Shown here: positions 8,701-17,201 of the stretch, in pieces | Position numbering within the stretch: the stretch's first letter is position 1 | Layout: each line of letters starts with the position of its first letter | Virus record (IMG/VR): IMGVR_UViG_3300020207_000040 | Span: 1-49,924 of that record | Strand: one strand, 5' to 3' | DNA length: 49,924 nucleotides | Source: a virus | Taxonomy: Duplodnaviria; Caudoviricetes | The notes under the pieces: model-generated | What the model was told of the DNA's origin: nothing | The model's database searches: none | What the model saw: the letters and a program-made list of their open reading frames with translations, nothing else | Position numbers and translations under genes: made by a program

Positions 8701-11700
8701 TTACCTGTCCTGGCGTTTTTTCATCAATTATTTCCCGCGTAGCAAGGTTAGCAAATTCTAGCCATTCTCGCTCAGTCATATAATTTTTAACAGACTGGTA
8801 TCCGGCATCAATTGCTTTTGCTAAGCTTTTTCCTCCTTTGTATGCTATTTTAACCGCTCTTAATCCTCCGATTAAAACATTTAAACTAACATCTTTTGCT
8901 GCTAATATTAAAAAAGGATCAATAGCAAAACCTTTTGTGCCTGTAAGCTCTTTAAGTTTAGCAATAGCTCTATCAATAATAAACTCAACTTTATCCGCTT
9001 GTTCAGCAATTCCTTCTTGTTGCGTCTTTTTTATATCGGGAGCTATAAGACCGTCAAATCCAACATTGAATTCTTCAGCAATAGTTTTGCCGTTTTCAAG
9101 AATATAATTATTAGGGTTTATGCCTCCATTATTATTACTAACAAATTTATTAAAATATCTAGCCCACACATTATCAGTGACTTTCCAGCCTACAGGTAAT
9201 AGCGATTTATAGTTATAGCCGTCTCCAACTAATTTATTATCATCAATTTCTAATAATTGCCCTTGAAAATAATTTTTTTCTATAGGCTTAAAAGAATTAT
9301 TTATTTCACCCTTTATAGTTTTTTGAAATAAATATTTTGCTACAATGCTTGCAGGCATTGTATGCTCTTCGACTGATTTGCCAGCTATTTTTGATAAAAA
9401 TCTAATAGGAGCTGCAACTCTAACAAAAGTATTTTGATGTCCGCTTGTTTTAGAAAGTATAGCTAAAATAAATTTAGAATTATCCGGGTTATCTTTAATC
9501 ATTTTTTCAAATGTTAAAAATATTTCTTTTAATCCTTGAATTTTCTTTTTATTAAATTCTTTATGCTCTTTTGTACCAAATATATTATTAATAAAATTTT
9601 TACCGTACCCTTGCTTTGTTAAGGCTATGTTTATATTTTCTGATTCTGGTGCAAACTTTTGTGTAGGGTCTATTGAATTTAAAAGATCTTCTGTTGACGC
9701 AAACCACCAATTGCCCTTAGAAAATTCCCGTGGCCCATTTGAAAAACTTGTAGCCATTTTTTGCAGAGCTTCTTTGCTAAAATATTTAGGCAATTCATTT
9801 ATTGCCCAACTTTGTACAGCCGCTCTATCGTTTTCATTTTTTGTTAATAGTCTTTCAATTTTATTTTGTGCGGCTATAGATGACCAGCCGCCTGATTCAT
9901 ATCTATTAAAGTCTTCTTCTGTTAATAAATCACTTTGTTGAAATAAATTTTTAGCTACATTAGACTTAAGCTCATTTAAATCTATAATTTTATTTTTTAA
10001 AGCTTCATTAGTATTAAGTATTTTAATAGCATGAGCAGCCGCCACAGAAACAGTCATAGCCTCTTTAAGGCTCTTTTGTCTATTAGATCTTGCTTGCTTT
10101 TTAAGACTTGGGTCGCTAAAATATTTTACAAATTCATCTTTATTTAAATTTTTAAATGCAACTTTTTCAAGCTGACCATTTTTAAAAACGAGCATGCCTG
10201 CTTCTTCAAAAGGGTTTAAACCACCTTCCATGCGAGCCATTCTCATACCTTCAACAGTTAATGTATCATAAATAGCTTCTGCATTTTTAGCTAAGTTGTT
10301 ATCAAAGTCTTGCTTTGTTTTAGTGTTCTTACCCATAAAAGCATCAATTTTATCACGAAATTCGTTAATAAAACCGGACTTAATATTTCTTTTAAAAGAT
10401 TTAGAGTCTACATCATAGTTTTTAAGTAATTCTTTTTCAACAGTAGCAGTGTCAAGTTCAATACCTAAAGCTTTTGCAGAGTCAATTTTTTCTTGAGCCT
10501 CTTCAACAACCATTTCAGATTGCATTTGAGAGTCAATAGCAGAAACAGCATTATCTATATTGTCTGTAAAAACCTGATCAAACATTTTATTATTAAAACG
10601 CATTGCCCTAAGGTTACCCCTGTTACTTAAAAAAGCATCTAAGCCTTGCTTTTGGGGGTCAAACTCATTTTGAATGAGCATAACCATGTTTCTTTTAGTA
10701 TCTCCAATAAATTGGCTTCTTGTGTAATTACCCCTTGAATCTTTTGGTACGGGATCATATAATCTTTTAGCTATTGATTCTACAATGCCTCCCATAGCAT
10801 TTTGGAATTCTAATGCAGCTTTATTAGGCATTGTTTCGCCTTTCTTAATATTATATTTATCATATATAGCTTGAAGCTTGGTAAACTCCTTAGGTTTGCT
10901 TGCTAATCTGCTTTTTGCTCGTTCAAAAGATTTTCGAAGTTTAGCGTATCTAGCATTATACTCTTCTTGTGTAATTCTTAAATTAGGGTCTTTTGTATTA
11001 AGAAGTTCTAATAATTCTCTGCTACCATTAACAAAATCTAAACTAGCTTTTTTAATACCTTTGGCTGTAGAAAAATCAGTTCCCACAATGCCCATAGCGC
11101 TTGGAACAGAATATGCTAATTGCGCTTGTCTATTTTTTATTTTAAGATCAAGCATAGCTATTCTTTCAGGGTCTTTTACACCCTTTTTTATTTCTTCAAG
11201 ATTTTTTATTTCTTCATTTAATAATTCAACTCTTTTGTTTAAATAAAAATCTCTAGTTAAACCTTTTGTTTGATAACCTTCTAATATACTTCTTTCTAAA
11301 CTAGCAGGATCATAATTATTTTCATTAGCAGACTGTAAAATAGTATCTTTTCTTTGTGTTAAAGAATCGTATTTTTCTTTTAAAGGCTGAATTGCTAAAT
11401 TATATGCGTTTTTTGTTTTAGAATTATTAGAAACTTCAGCTGCATCTAATCTTATTTTACCAATTTCAGAATCAAGTTTTATTAATTCTTGTTTTTGTTT
11501 TGTTGTAAGATTATCAATATTATTTAAATCTTTTGCTAAATATTTTATTTGCTTAGATTTAATATCGTTTACTGCATTGCCTAAAAATTCTATTTGTTTT
11601 TTATCATTTTCAATGTTAGGATCAAGCTTAGCAATTTCTTCATTTAATTCTTTTATTAATTGTTCTCCTCTTGCTATTTCTATTTCACTGTCTTTTGATC

Positions 11701-13618
11701 TAAAAGGATTAAATATTTGTTTAAATATTAATGGGGATTTAAAAACACCTGCACTCATTACAGCACCCGACACAAATGAATCAAGCAAGCCTTCGCTTAA
11801 TTCAATTTTTTTATCAAGCATAAATTTATCAACAAGGTTTTCAGTTCCTTGTGCTAACATTTCTGTTCCGCCTTCACCTATAATGTCAGAAGCTACTCCA
11901 GAAAAAGTTTGATTCTTTATATAATTTACAACAGACTCTTTTAAAGATGGTGATTTTTTAAAAGCTGCTTTTAAAACATTTAATTGGCGTAATGTTATAA
12001 GTTCACTTCCAGCTTCTCCTAAACCAACAATAGCAGGTGCAGCAAATAATTGACCTCTTGAATATTTTATATTTGGATTAGAATCCATTTCAGCCATCAT
12101 TTCAGCATATTTTCCGCCAGCGGTCATTGCTCCCATTCCTACAAGTCCAGAATATCCGCCGCTTGCGGCAAGAGTAGCTATAATTGGTAATTGGTTTCCT
12201 ATTAACTGGGTAAACCAAAGTCCAAAATCATCGGCTTCTAAATCTGAAACAGCTTTAGGCCTTGCGATATCGGATCTAATATCTTCTGATCCAGCTTTTA
12301 AAAAATTTCCCCACTCTAAACCTGTTTTTTCAAAATCGCCTAAGCTTATGTTCTCTTCTGTTAAAGCGTCAACAACGCCCTCAGTAGCGCTAAATAAGTA
12401 TGCAGGAAGCTGCATGGTATTGCCTAAAATATCTAAAGATGTAGCGGCAAAAGAACCTACTAAATTAGATAAAGGATCATAATTTCTTTTTACTAAATCT
12501 TTTATTTCTTTTGATGTATTAGCTTTTTCTATAGAGCTTTTAATTATATCATCAGTACTTTCGTATTTTTTAGAAATATAAGATACAGCATTATTGATAT
12601 TTTCTTGTATTTGTTTTGCTTGATCTAATTCTTTTTGGTTTTTTATTTGAACTTTTGAAAAATTATCAGTATAAGAAACAATATTTTTTATAACATCTGT
12701 ATAAACATCTCGTTCTATTTGTGCATTTTTAGCATCTAATTTTCCAATATCAGCAATGCCTTCTGCTTTTTTAGTTTGTTCTTTTAATAACTCAATTCTA
12801 TTATCAGCTTCTTTTGCAATGTCTTCAGTTTTGTCGTTATATTTTTTTTGTTTTAAATTTTCAATATAAAGATCCTCTGCTTTTGAATATATTTCGCTAT
12901 CTGATATAATAGACCCCGTAGGCTTTTCTTTTTTTAATTCTGCTTTAGCCTGTTCAATAAACCCTTTTTTATTTAAGTCTTTGTCCTCTACTATTGTTTT
13001 AGGCACCCCTCCAATTGTTGGTACGCTGTAAGAATATGTTGGATTTTCAAAATAAGATTTAAATTCTGCTTTAGCATTATTTAATTCATCTTCATTTAAA
13101 GCTTCAAATTGGCTGGATGACTCTTGCCCAGAAGCAATAAGCATAGGATCCTCTGCATATTCATTTACAAATTTACCTTTTTCAAATTGATATTGTAAAT
13201 ATTTTTGTAAGTCTTCTTCTGAATTAATATTTAAACTTTTATCATTAAATAAGTCTTTTTTACTTACAATATATTCACCTTCAAAACTAAGGTTCCCAGG
13301 AATAGTGCCTTTTTCTGCACGAAATATATATTTTTTATCGGCTTCTTTTTGTTCTTTTGCTATTCTATTTGGCAGTGTTTCCTCTAGTGATTCCAAAAAA
13401 CCACCTTCCCGCTGCAAATCCATAACGTTTTGCCCCGCTGCAGGTGCAGCTTCCTCCGCAGCAGGTTCTATCTTTTTTGCTTCATCCAAAGTATTTTGAC
13501 CTAGCATTTCTGCTTTTTTATTATCAATAGCATTTTGAATTTCTTGTTGACTTAACCCTTGCGCTTCTAATTGCGCAGCAAGATTTAGTAATTCTTGTCT
13601 TTGATTTTCAGTTAACAT
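5774..13618 (-). CDS. Giant internal virion/ejection protein (2614 aa) with HAD-like and C-terminal HExxH domains
   Basis: Position after the muzzle and smaller ejection genes; helical with hydrophobic segments; VFDFDDTL...LTAR...FFADD (HAD); IAHEKKH (zincin). Confidence 0.8.
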   Translation of the reverse strand: MLTENQRQELLNLAAQLEAQGLSQQEIQNAIDNKKAEMLGQNTLDEAKKIEPAAEEAAPAAGQNVMDLQREGGFLESLEETLPNRIAKEQKEADKKYIFRAEKGTIPGNLSFEGEYIVSKKDLFNDKSLNINSEEDLQKYLQYQFEKGKFVNEYAEDPMLIASGQESSSQFEALNEDELNNAKAEFKSYFENPTYSYSVPTIGGVPKTIVEDKDLNKKGFIEQAKAELKKEKPTGSIISDSEIYSKAEDLYIENLKQKKYNDKTEDIAKEADNRIELLKEQTKKAEGIADIGKLDAKNAQIERDVYTDVIKNIVSYTDNFSKVQIKNQKELDQAKQIQENINNAVSYISKKYESTDDIIKSSIEKANTSKEIKDLVKRNYDPLSNLVGSFAATSLDILGNTMQLPAYLFSATEGVVDALTEENISLGDFEKTGLEWGNFLKAGSEDIRSDIARPKAVSDLEADDFGLWFTQLIGNQLPIIATLAASGGYSGLVGMGAMTAGGKYAEMMAEMDSNPNIKYSRGQLFAAPAIVGLGEAGSELITLRQLNVLKAAFKKSPSLKESVVNYIKNQTFSGVASDIIGEGGTEMLAQGTENLVDKFMLDKKIELSEGLLDSFVSGAVMSAGVFKSPLIFKQIFNPFRSKDSEIEIARGEQLIKELNEEIAKLDPNIENDKKQIEFLGNAVNDIKSKQIKYLAKDLNNIDNLTTKQKQELIKLDSEIGKIRLDAAEVSNNSKTKNAYNLAIQPLKEKYDSLTQRKDTILQSANENNYDPASLERSILEGYQTKGLTRDFYLNKRVELLNEEIKNLEEIKKGVKDPERIAMLDLKIKNRQAQLAYSVPSAMGIVGTDFSTAKGIKKASLDFVNGSRELLELLNTKDPNLRITQEEYNARYAKLRKSFERAKSRLASKPKEFTKLQAIYDKYNIKKGETMPNKAALEFQNAMGGIVESIAKRLYDPVPKDSRGNYTRSQFIGDTKRNMVMLIQNEFDPQKQGLDAFLSNRGNLRAMRFNNKMFDQVFTDNIDNAVSAIDSQMQSEMVVEEAQEKIDSAKALGIELDTATVEKELLKNYDVDSKSFKRNIKSGFINEFRDKIDAFMGKNTKTKQDFDNNLAKNAEAIYDTLTVEGMRMARMEGGLNPFEEAGMLVFKNGQLEKVAFKNLNKDEFVKYFSDPSLKKQARSNRQKSLKEAMTVSVAAAHAIKILNTNEALKNKIIDLNELKSNVAKNLFQQSDLLTEEDFNRYESGGWSSIAAQNKIERLLTKNENDRAAVQSWAINELPKYFSKEALQKMATSFSNGPREFSKGNWWFASTEDLLNSIDPTQKFAPESENINIALTKQGYGKNFINNIFGTKEHKEFNKKKIQGLKEIFLTFEKMIKDNPDNSKFILAILSKTSGHQNTFVRVAAPIRFLSKIAGKSVEEHTMPASIVAKYLFQKTIKGEINNSFKPIEKNYFQGQLLEIDDNKLVGDGYNYKSLLPVGWKVTDNVWARYFNKFVSNNNGGINPNNYILENGKTIAEEFNVGFDGLIAPDIKKTQQEGIAEQADKVEFIIDRAIAKLKELTGTKGFAIDPFLILAAKDVSLNVLIGGLRAVKIAYKGGKSLAKAIDAGYQSVKNYMTEREWLEFANLATREIIDEKTPGQVRLSIYSESGVAKAQEQVRLQSERLLKDLGVDTTGLSTEELNEKLNVLRKARNVALDKKAPKKKARVFDFDDTLAQSKSNVLYTLPDGTTGKLNATEFAAQSEELMEAGAEFDFSEFSKVVDGSKGPLAVLAKKLTEAKGDRDVFVLTARPANSAQAIQSFLRSALGISIPLENITGLGDGAPSAKAFWMAEKVAEGYNDLFFADDAPKNVAAVNKMLTDLGVKKKVQVAKEAEAPSLEDEMDNILRSKKPTKGSLFRKINIYVPPGADDFMGLLYTFLGKGSIGEAQMKFFQDNLMTPFAKGIAAYEAAKVSLARDHRALKKRYKNKKLLKQKVLDGLYTNEQAVRAYLYEKAGYDLGMNKADAAGLVSIVEGNAELKAFADDLAKITKIPEGYPEITENWLGGNIQTDLANVSNKAQRKLFLTEFINNKEQIFSDINMKLIKQMHGNDFVDALKNVLERMETGVNRKKGKDKEFNAAMNWINQSVANVMAINLRSAVLQQLSIINFMNWSFNNPFMMAKAMANVPQFSNDFIELWNSTFLTERRGGLKIEINTADLADSEPGNWFLRTHKKLLELGFKPTQWGDSFAISFGGASWYRNKINQLVNQGMNEAEAKEQAMLEFQEIAETSQQSSRPDKISRQQASEIGRFILAFANTPLQYARETKKATLDLINGRGDWKTNASKIIYYGAAQNIIFSGLQSAIFSLLLSDNDDDEKAEKQLGYFANGLLDGFLRGMGYSGAVIAALKNLGMEYYDQYQKRKAGKRVYDPALGLIQAGLTISPPVSKKIGDIVEAQKFENWRQYKDDPFYQGFAIANYTAAIANIPLDRAFKKAENLKAIDMDKNAAWQNILLSLGWSPYQLGIETKKSNKNKSKRTPLNKKEALPEGVLGKAHKDGTIQVAPGLSPAKKKEVIAHEKKHIADMKSGKLGYDASNVYWDGNKYPRTPDKKIIYDGVAYDEGHKHLPWEKSANNIKV
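13365..13618 (-). CDS. Predicted 84-aa transframe product of the giant gene (Cys-rich C-terminus)
   Basis: 49 zero-frame codons, then -1 frame DRTCCGGSCTCSGAKRYGFAAGRWFFGITRGNTAK, TAG at 13367-13365. Confidence 0.6.
13411..13478 (-). promoter_or_regulatory. Predicted -1 programmed ribosomal frameshift signal (slippery heptamer plus H-type pseudoknot)
   Basis: In-frame A_AAA_AAG at 13478-13472; spacer AUAGAA; stem1 CCUGCUGCGG/CUGCAGCGGG; loop GCUGCA pairs with downstream UGCAGC. Confidence 0.75.
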
Positions 13619-13619
13619 A

Positions 13620-15242
13620 CTAGTTATCTATATTATATTTTTTTGCTAATTGTTGGTCTAAATAGGATTTTATTCCGTTGTAATCTATTGGTTTATTTGT
13701 AGCGGGATCAGTCCAGGATTCTGATATTTTTTGAAATAATAAATCTGGATTATTAAAATCTTTTATATCGATTTTTATAGGCTCACCTGAATTAAATGCC
13801 TTTGTACCACTGTTCAACTCTATAAATGTTCCGTCATCTTCTGTAACTCTGGTTGCTTTAATTCCCAAATTTCTTAGATCCTCCTTCCAATCACCTGTAT
13901 AAGGTACACCTGATTTAAATTTATTTTTTTGATAAAATTCCATTAATCTTTGCTGTGTAGGAGTCAATTCTAATTCATTAGATTTTTTTGATTTTTGTGA
14001 ATAATCTAATTGAGCGGATCCGGCTTGAGCTTCAGCTTTCCTTGTATTAGCAATATCTTTTCTTAATTCTAATTGAGCTTTATATGTATCAGCGTTAGTA
14101 TTGTTTATTATCTGTTTATTGGCATCTATCACTGCATTTTTACTTTGTTCTAGCCAATCTGCTTTTAGCCCTTGCCCTTTATATTTTTCAGAAGAATTAA
14201 TAAAGTTATTTATATCGGTTAAACTTTTGCCTTCAAGTAATTTATCTAAAGTATCAATTCCATAAGATTCCGCATTACCACCTGCCAATTGATCCATTAA
14301 TTTTCGTCTATCTTCAATTTCAACAGAATCCATTAAGTATTCCTTTAATGCTTTTCTTTTATCTCCTCTACCAAGCCCGTTAAAATATCCATCAAAACTT
14401 TCAGTTGCAAATTGCTTAAACCAAGGGGTTAAAGAGTTATCATCTTTATTATATATTGTTTGAATGTCTTCTTCGTACTTACCTGTTTTAGGGTTGATAG
14501 CCCGCATTGTGTTTCCTTCTTTTGTATCAAGTATATTTTTTGCATCCGCGGCAAGCTGTTCCTTAACATTTGTTTCAGGCTTTGTTGATACAAAAGGCAG
14601 CCTATCCATTTCCGCTAAGGCAGCGCTAATAGGATTATCGTTACCATCAACATCCTTCCATGTGCCATCTAATAATATTTTACCATTATCATCAACTTTA
14701 TAGCTAACATTTGCCTCACCCCTAGCTAAAGCTGACCAAAATTGAAAATCTTTTGCACTTATAGAACCAGATAAAGTTCCATTTTCTAATCCATCTAAAA
14801 ATTGTTCAACACCTGTATATATAACTTTTTCAGCTGATTTAAAGGCTGGTATTTGAGCATTTAAAACTTGTACAGATTTTTGGTAATCTGCACTAGTAAT
14901 ATCACCATTATCTCTAGCAATTTTTAATTGATTAAGTTTATCTACTAGAATATTTGAAAAATCCGTACGAGCATCATTCAAATTATCAGAGCTTGATTCT
15001 GCGGGTAAAATTAAACCTTCTCTAACCTTTTTGTCAATGCTATTTAATGTCATTTCAGCCGCAAGCTCTCTTTGCTTTTGAGCTCTAACGTCTGCTTGTT
15101 GTTTCTTGTTTTGAGCTACAGCTTGCCTAATATTAGCCCCCATTTGCATGCCCTGCTGGAGCCCTCTTTCAATGGCCTCAATATCTTCTGTGTATGTTGG
15201 TCCGTAGTACGTAGCATCGAAGCTACCAAATCCTTGTGCCAT
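13620..15242 (-). CDS. Internal virion/ejection protein (540 aa)
   Basis: Middle gene of a small/medium/giant triplet typical of podophage ejectosomes; helical. Confidence 0.65.
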   Translation of the reverse strand: MAQGFGSFDATYYGPTYTEDIEAIERGLQQGMQMGANIRQAVAQNKKQQADVRAQKQRELAAEMTLNSIDKKVREGLILPAESSSDNLNDARTDFSNILVDKLNQLKIARDNGDITSADYQKSVQVLNAQIPAFKSAEKVIYTGVEQFLDGLENGTLSGSISAKDFQFWSALARGEANVSYKVDDNGKILLDGTWKDVDGNDNPISAALAEMDRLPFVSTKPETNVKEQLAADAKNILDTKEGNTMRAINPKTGKYEEDIQTIYNKDDNSLTPWFKQFATESFDGYFNGLGRGDKRKALKEYLMDSVEIEDRRKLMDQLAGGNAESYGIDTLDKLLEGKSLTDINNFINSSEKYKGQGLKADWLEQSKNAVIDANKQIINNTNADTYKAQLELRKDIANTRKAEAQAGSAQLDYSQKSKKSNELELTPTQQRLMEFYQKNKFKSGVPYTGDWKEDLRNLGIKATRVTEDDGTFIELNSGTKAFNSGEPIKIDIKDFNNPDLLFQKISESWTDPATNKPIDYNGIKSYLDQQLAKKYNIDN

Positions 15243-15246
15243 ATTA

Positions 15247-16503
15247 TTAGTTGTTTAGTTCCGCTAATTTAAGATCCATGTATCCTGATGCAGCGCCTGC
15301 CGCAGCGCTTGTTAAACCACTTAAGAGCATGTTTCGTTGTCTTTCATTAGCAGCTTGTTTTACCCCTGCTTCTTGAGCCTGTAAACTTAAATTAGACCCA
15401 AGTCTATTGTATTCTGCAGCTTGAACGTCTGCAGCTCCTTGAGCTTGTAATCTTTGTGCTTCCATACCCATTTGAGCATTAAATTGAGCGGATTGATTTG
15501 CAGCTTGCATATTAGCTCTGTTTGCAGCATTCTCAGCTTGAAATTGCTGCATTGTGAATTGATTTTGAGCACCAGCGTTAAATCGGTTCATTTGAGCTTC
15601 TTGACCAAATTTGCTTAAAGCAAATTGATTTGCGGCTTGAGCACCAAATCTTGCTGCGTCATTTGCAGCTTGAGCACTAAATTGGGCTGCCTGGTTTTGA
15701 GCATTAGCACCAAATTGAGCGGCTTGATTAGTTGCTGCCGTACTAAATTGCGCTGCCTGGTTGGCTTGAGCTGCATTAAACTGTTCTTGTCCTAAAGAAA
15801 ATTGTGAAGATAAATTACTTTGAGCTAATTGATCTCTTTGTAATTTCATTTCACCTTCGGCTCTACGCATTTCATTTGCTTTAACTTGCCTGTCAATATC
15901 TGAAGCAATTTGCGCTTTAGATTTTGCAGCAGCCGCAGCAAGAGCAGTTGCTCCCCCTGCACCTGTGCCAGCTTGGGCGGCTAAATCTTGAGAAGAGGCT
16001 AAAGCTTGATCAGCTTCTTGAGCGGCTAATTCAGCACCAGCGGTTGAAACCTGTAAATTTGCAAATTCATTTGTAAGTCCAGTCCCCGCTCCTGTTAATA
16101 GTGGTCCTATACTTGTGCCCTGTGCAGTATACCCTTGCGCAGTATAGCCCTTTGCATCGTAGCCTTGAGCATCATAACCTTGTGCATCTGCTAAAGTAGG
16201 CATTTGAGCTGTTTGAGCAGCGCCAATTTGAGCAGCTTTAGTAGCTACAGGATCATAAGCAGCGCCTTGTATTCCTTCAAAAGCATTTTTAAATTTATAA
16301 TTATTTACTTTTGCTAATGAGGTTTGTTTTGCTTTTTCAGCTTTTTCAGCAGCAACTTTTTTCTTTTTGCGCCCGAATAAAGAGCCAATACCCGATATTA
16401 TTCCTGGTGCAGCAGCAGCTAATGCCCCTGCTAATAATACGCCAGCCCCCTTTGTTATTTCGGGTTCAAATAATAGCGTTTCTAATAAAATCATTATAGT
16501 CAT
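15247..16503 (-). CDS. Ala/Gln-rich ejection (DNA pilot-like) protein with tandem repeats
   Basis: Hydrophobic Gly/Ala N-terminus (GVLLAGALAAAAPGIISGIGSLFG) followed by RKKKK; 5-aa and 11-aa repeats; start may be 16494. Confidence 0.7.
   Translation of the reverse strand: MTIMILLETLLFEPEITKGAGVLLAGALAAAAPGIISGIGSLFGRKKKKVAAEKAEKAKQTSLAKVNNYKFKNAFEGIQGAAYDPVATKAAQIGAAQTAQMPTLADAQGYDAQGYDAKGYTAQGYTAQGTSIGPLLTGAGTGLTNEFANLQVSTAGAELAAQEADQALASSQDLAAQAGTGAGGATALAAAAAKSKAQIASDIDRQVKANEMRRAEGEMKLQRDQLAQSNLSSQFSLGQEQFNAAQANQAAQFSTAATNQAAQFGANAQNQAAQFSAQAANDAARFGAQAANQFALSKFGQEAQMNRFNAGAQNQFTMQQFQAENAANRANMQAANQSAQFNAQMGMEAQRLQAQGAADVQAAEYNRLGSNLSLQAQEAGVKQAANERQRNMLLSGLTSAAAGAASGYMDLKLAELNN
15620..15790 (-). 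repeat. 33-bp/11-aa tandem repeat QFxAxAxNQAA
   Basis: QFNAAQANQAA-QFSTAATNQAA-QFGANAQNQAA-QFSAQAANDAA-RFGAQAANQFA. Confidence 0.85.
16117..16185 (-). repeat. 15-bp/5-aa tandem repeat Y(D/T)A(Q/K)G
   Basis: AQG-YDAQG-YDAKG-YTAQG-YTAQG. Confidence 0.85.
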
Positions 16504-16960
16504 CTTTTGTTAATGAATAATTGTAATCTTCTAATTCGTCTAAATTTTTCAATTCAAATGGATTTTGAAAAACATTTTGAAAAATACTATTTTCATGCGC
16601 ATATATAGCTCTTTGAATACCCGATTCGGAAAAACCCATATAAGGCGCTTCAAAAGTATTAGTTCCATTTTTGTCGGATACAGTTATGCACCCAGAAAGC
16701 AAAAACCAAACATGTTCTCTTTTATGAATAGCACTAATAACGGAAGTTCCTTGGTTTAATATCATTTTTCTTAAATAAATACCAGGGACAAATTCGTGCT
16801 TTAAATCAAATAATTGATTGCCATCACGAACAATGCTACCGTCATTGTGAACTAGAAGATCACTGTTTTCTTTTGAATAAGCAACTTTTAAAAGTTTGTT
16901 AACTTTATTTTCAAAAGATTTTGCTATTATTTTATTTTTAATAAATTTAATTAAATTCAT
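16466..16960 (-). CDS. Cupin-fold protein
   Basis: HEFVPGIYLRKM...VISAIHKREH.WFLLSG.I.V...APY...S..G..RAIYAHE; ATG at 16960 sits just after the previous stop. Confidence 0.75.
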   Translation of the reverse strand: MNLIKFIKNKIIAKSFENKVNKLLKVAYSKENSDLLVHNDGSIVRDGNQLFDLKHEFVPGIYLRKMILNQGTSVISAIHKREHVWFLLSGCITVSDKNGTNTFEAPYMGFSESGIQRAIYAHENSIFQNVFQNPFELKNLDELEDYNYSLTKDDYNDFIRNAII

Positions 16961-16961
16961 A

Positions 16962-17201
16962 TTATTGACTTGAATAAACAGCTTCAGAATTAATTGCAAA
17001 TAATTCTGCTTTGTTAATTGATTTTTCTACTGGTAATTTAATACGTGTCCTCATAAAAGTACCTTTGGTTCCGGAAACAAGTTTTGTTGCATCAGCTACA
17101 ATAGCCCCATTAGAAGCTTTATAAGTTGTTTCTTCAGAAACTATAGGTGCAAAATATTTGCCTTCTTTTTCTTCAAAGGGAAATTTAATTATTGTGCTCA
17201 T
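16962..17201 (-). CDS. Small tail protein resembling the C-terminal segment of crAss-like muzzle/stabilisation proteins
   Basis: F.EKEGKYFA.I...SGTKG.FM...K.ELFAINSE...SS; TAATG-coupled to the upstream gene. Confidence 0.6.
   Translation of the reverse strand: MSTIIKFPFEEKEGKYFAPIVSEETTYKASNGAIVADATKLVSGTKGTFMRTRIKLPVEKSINKAELFAINSEAVYSSQ

Noticed and set aside
5774-13618. Virion RNA polymerase as in crAss-like phages
   Set aside because: No DxDGD/DFDID catalytic motif seen; the only DFD is HAD motif I (DFDDT)
15387-15572. Same-strand alternative ORF in the Ala/Gln-rich ejection gene
   Set aside because: Explained by host-frame composition, which lacks the codons that create stops
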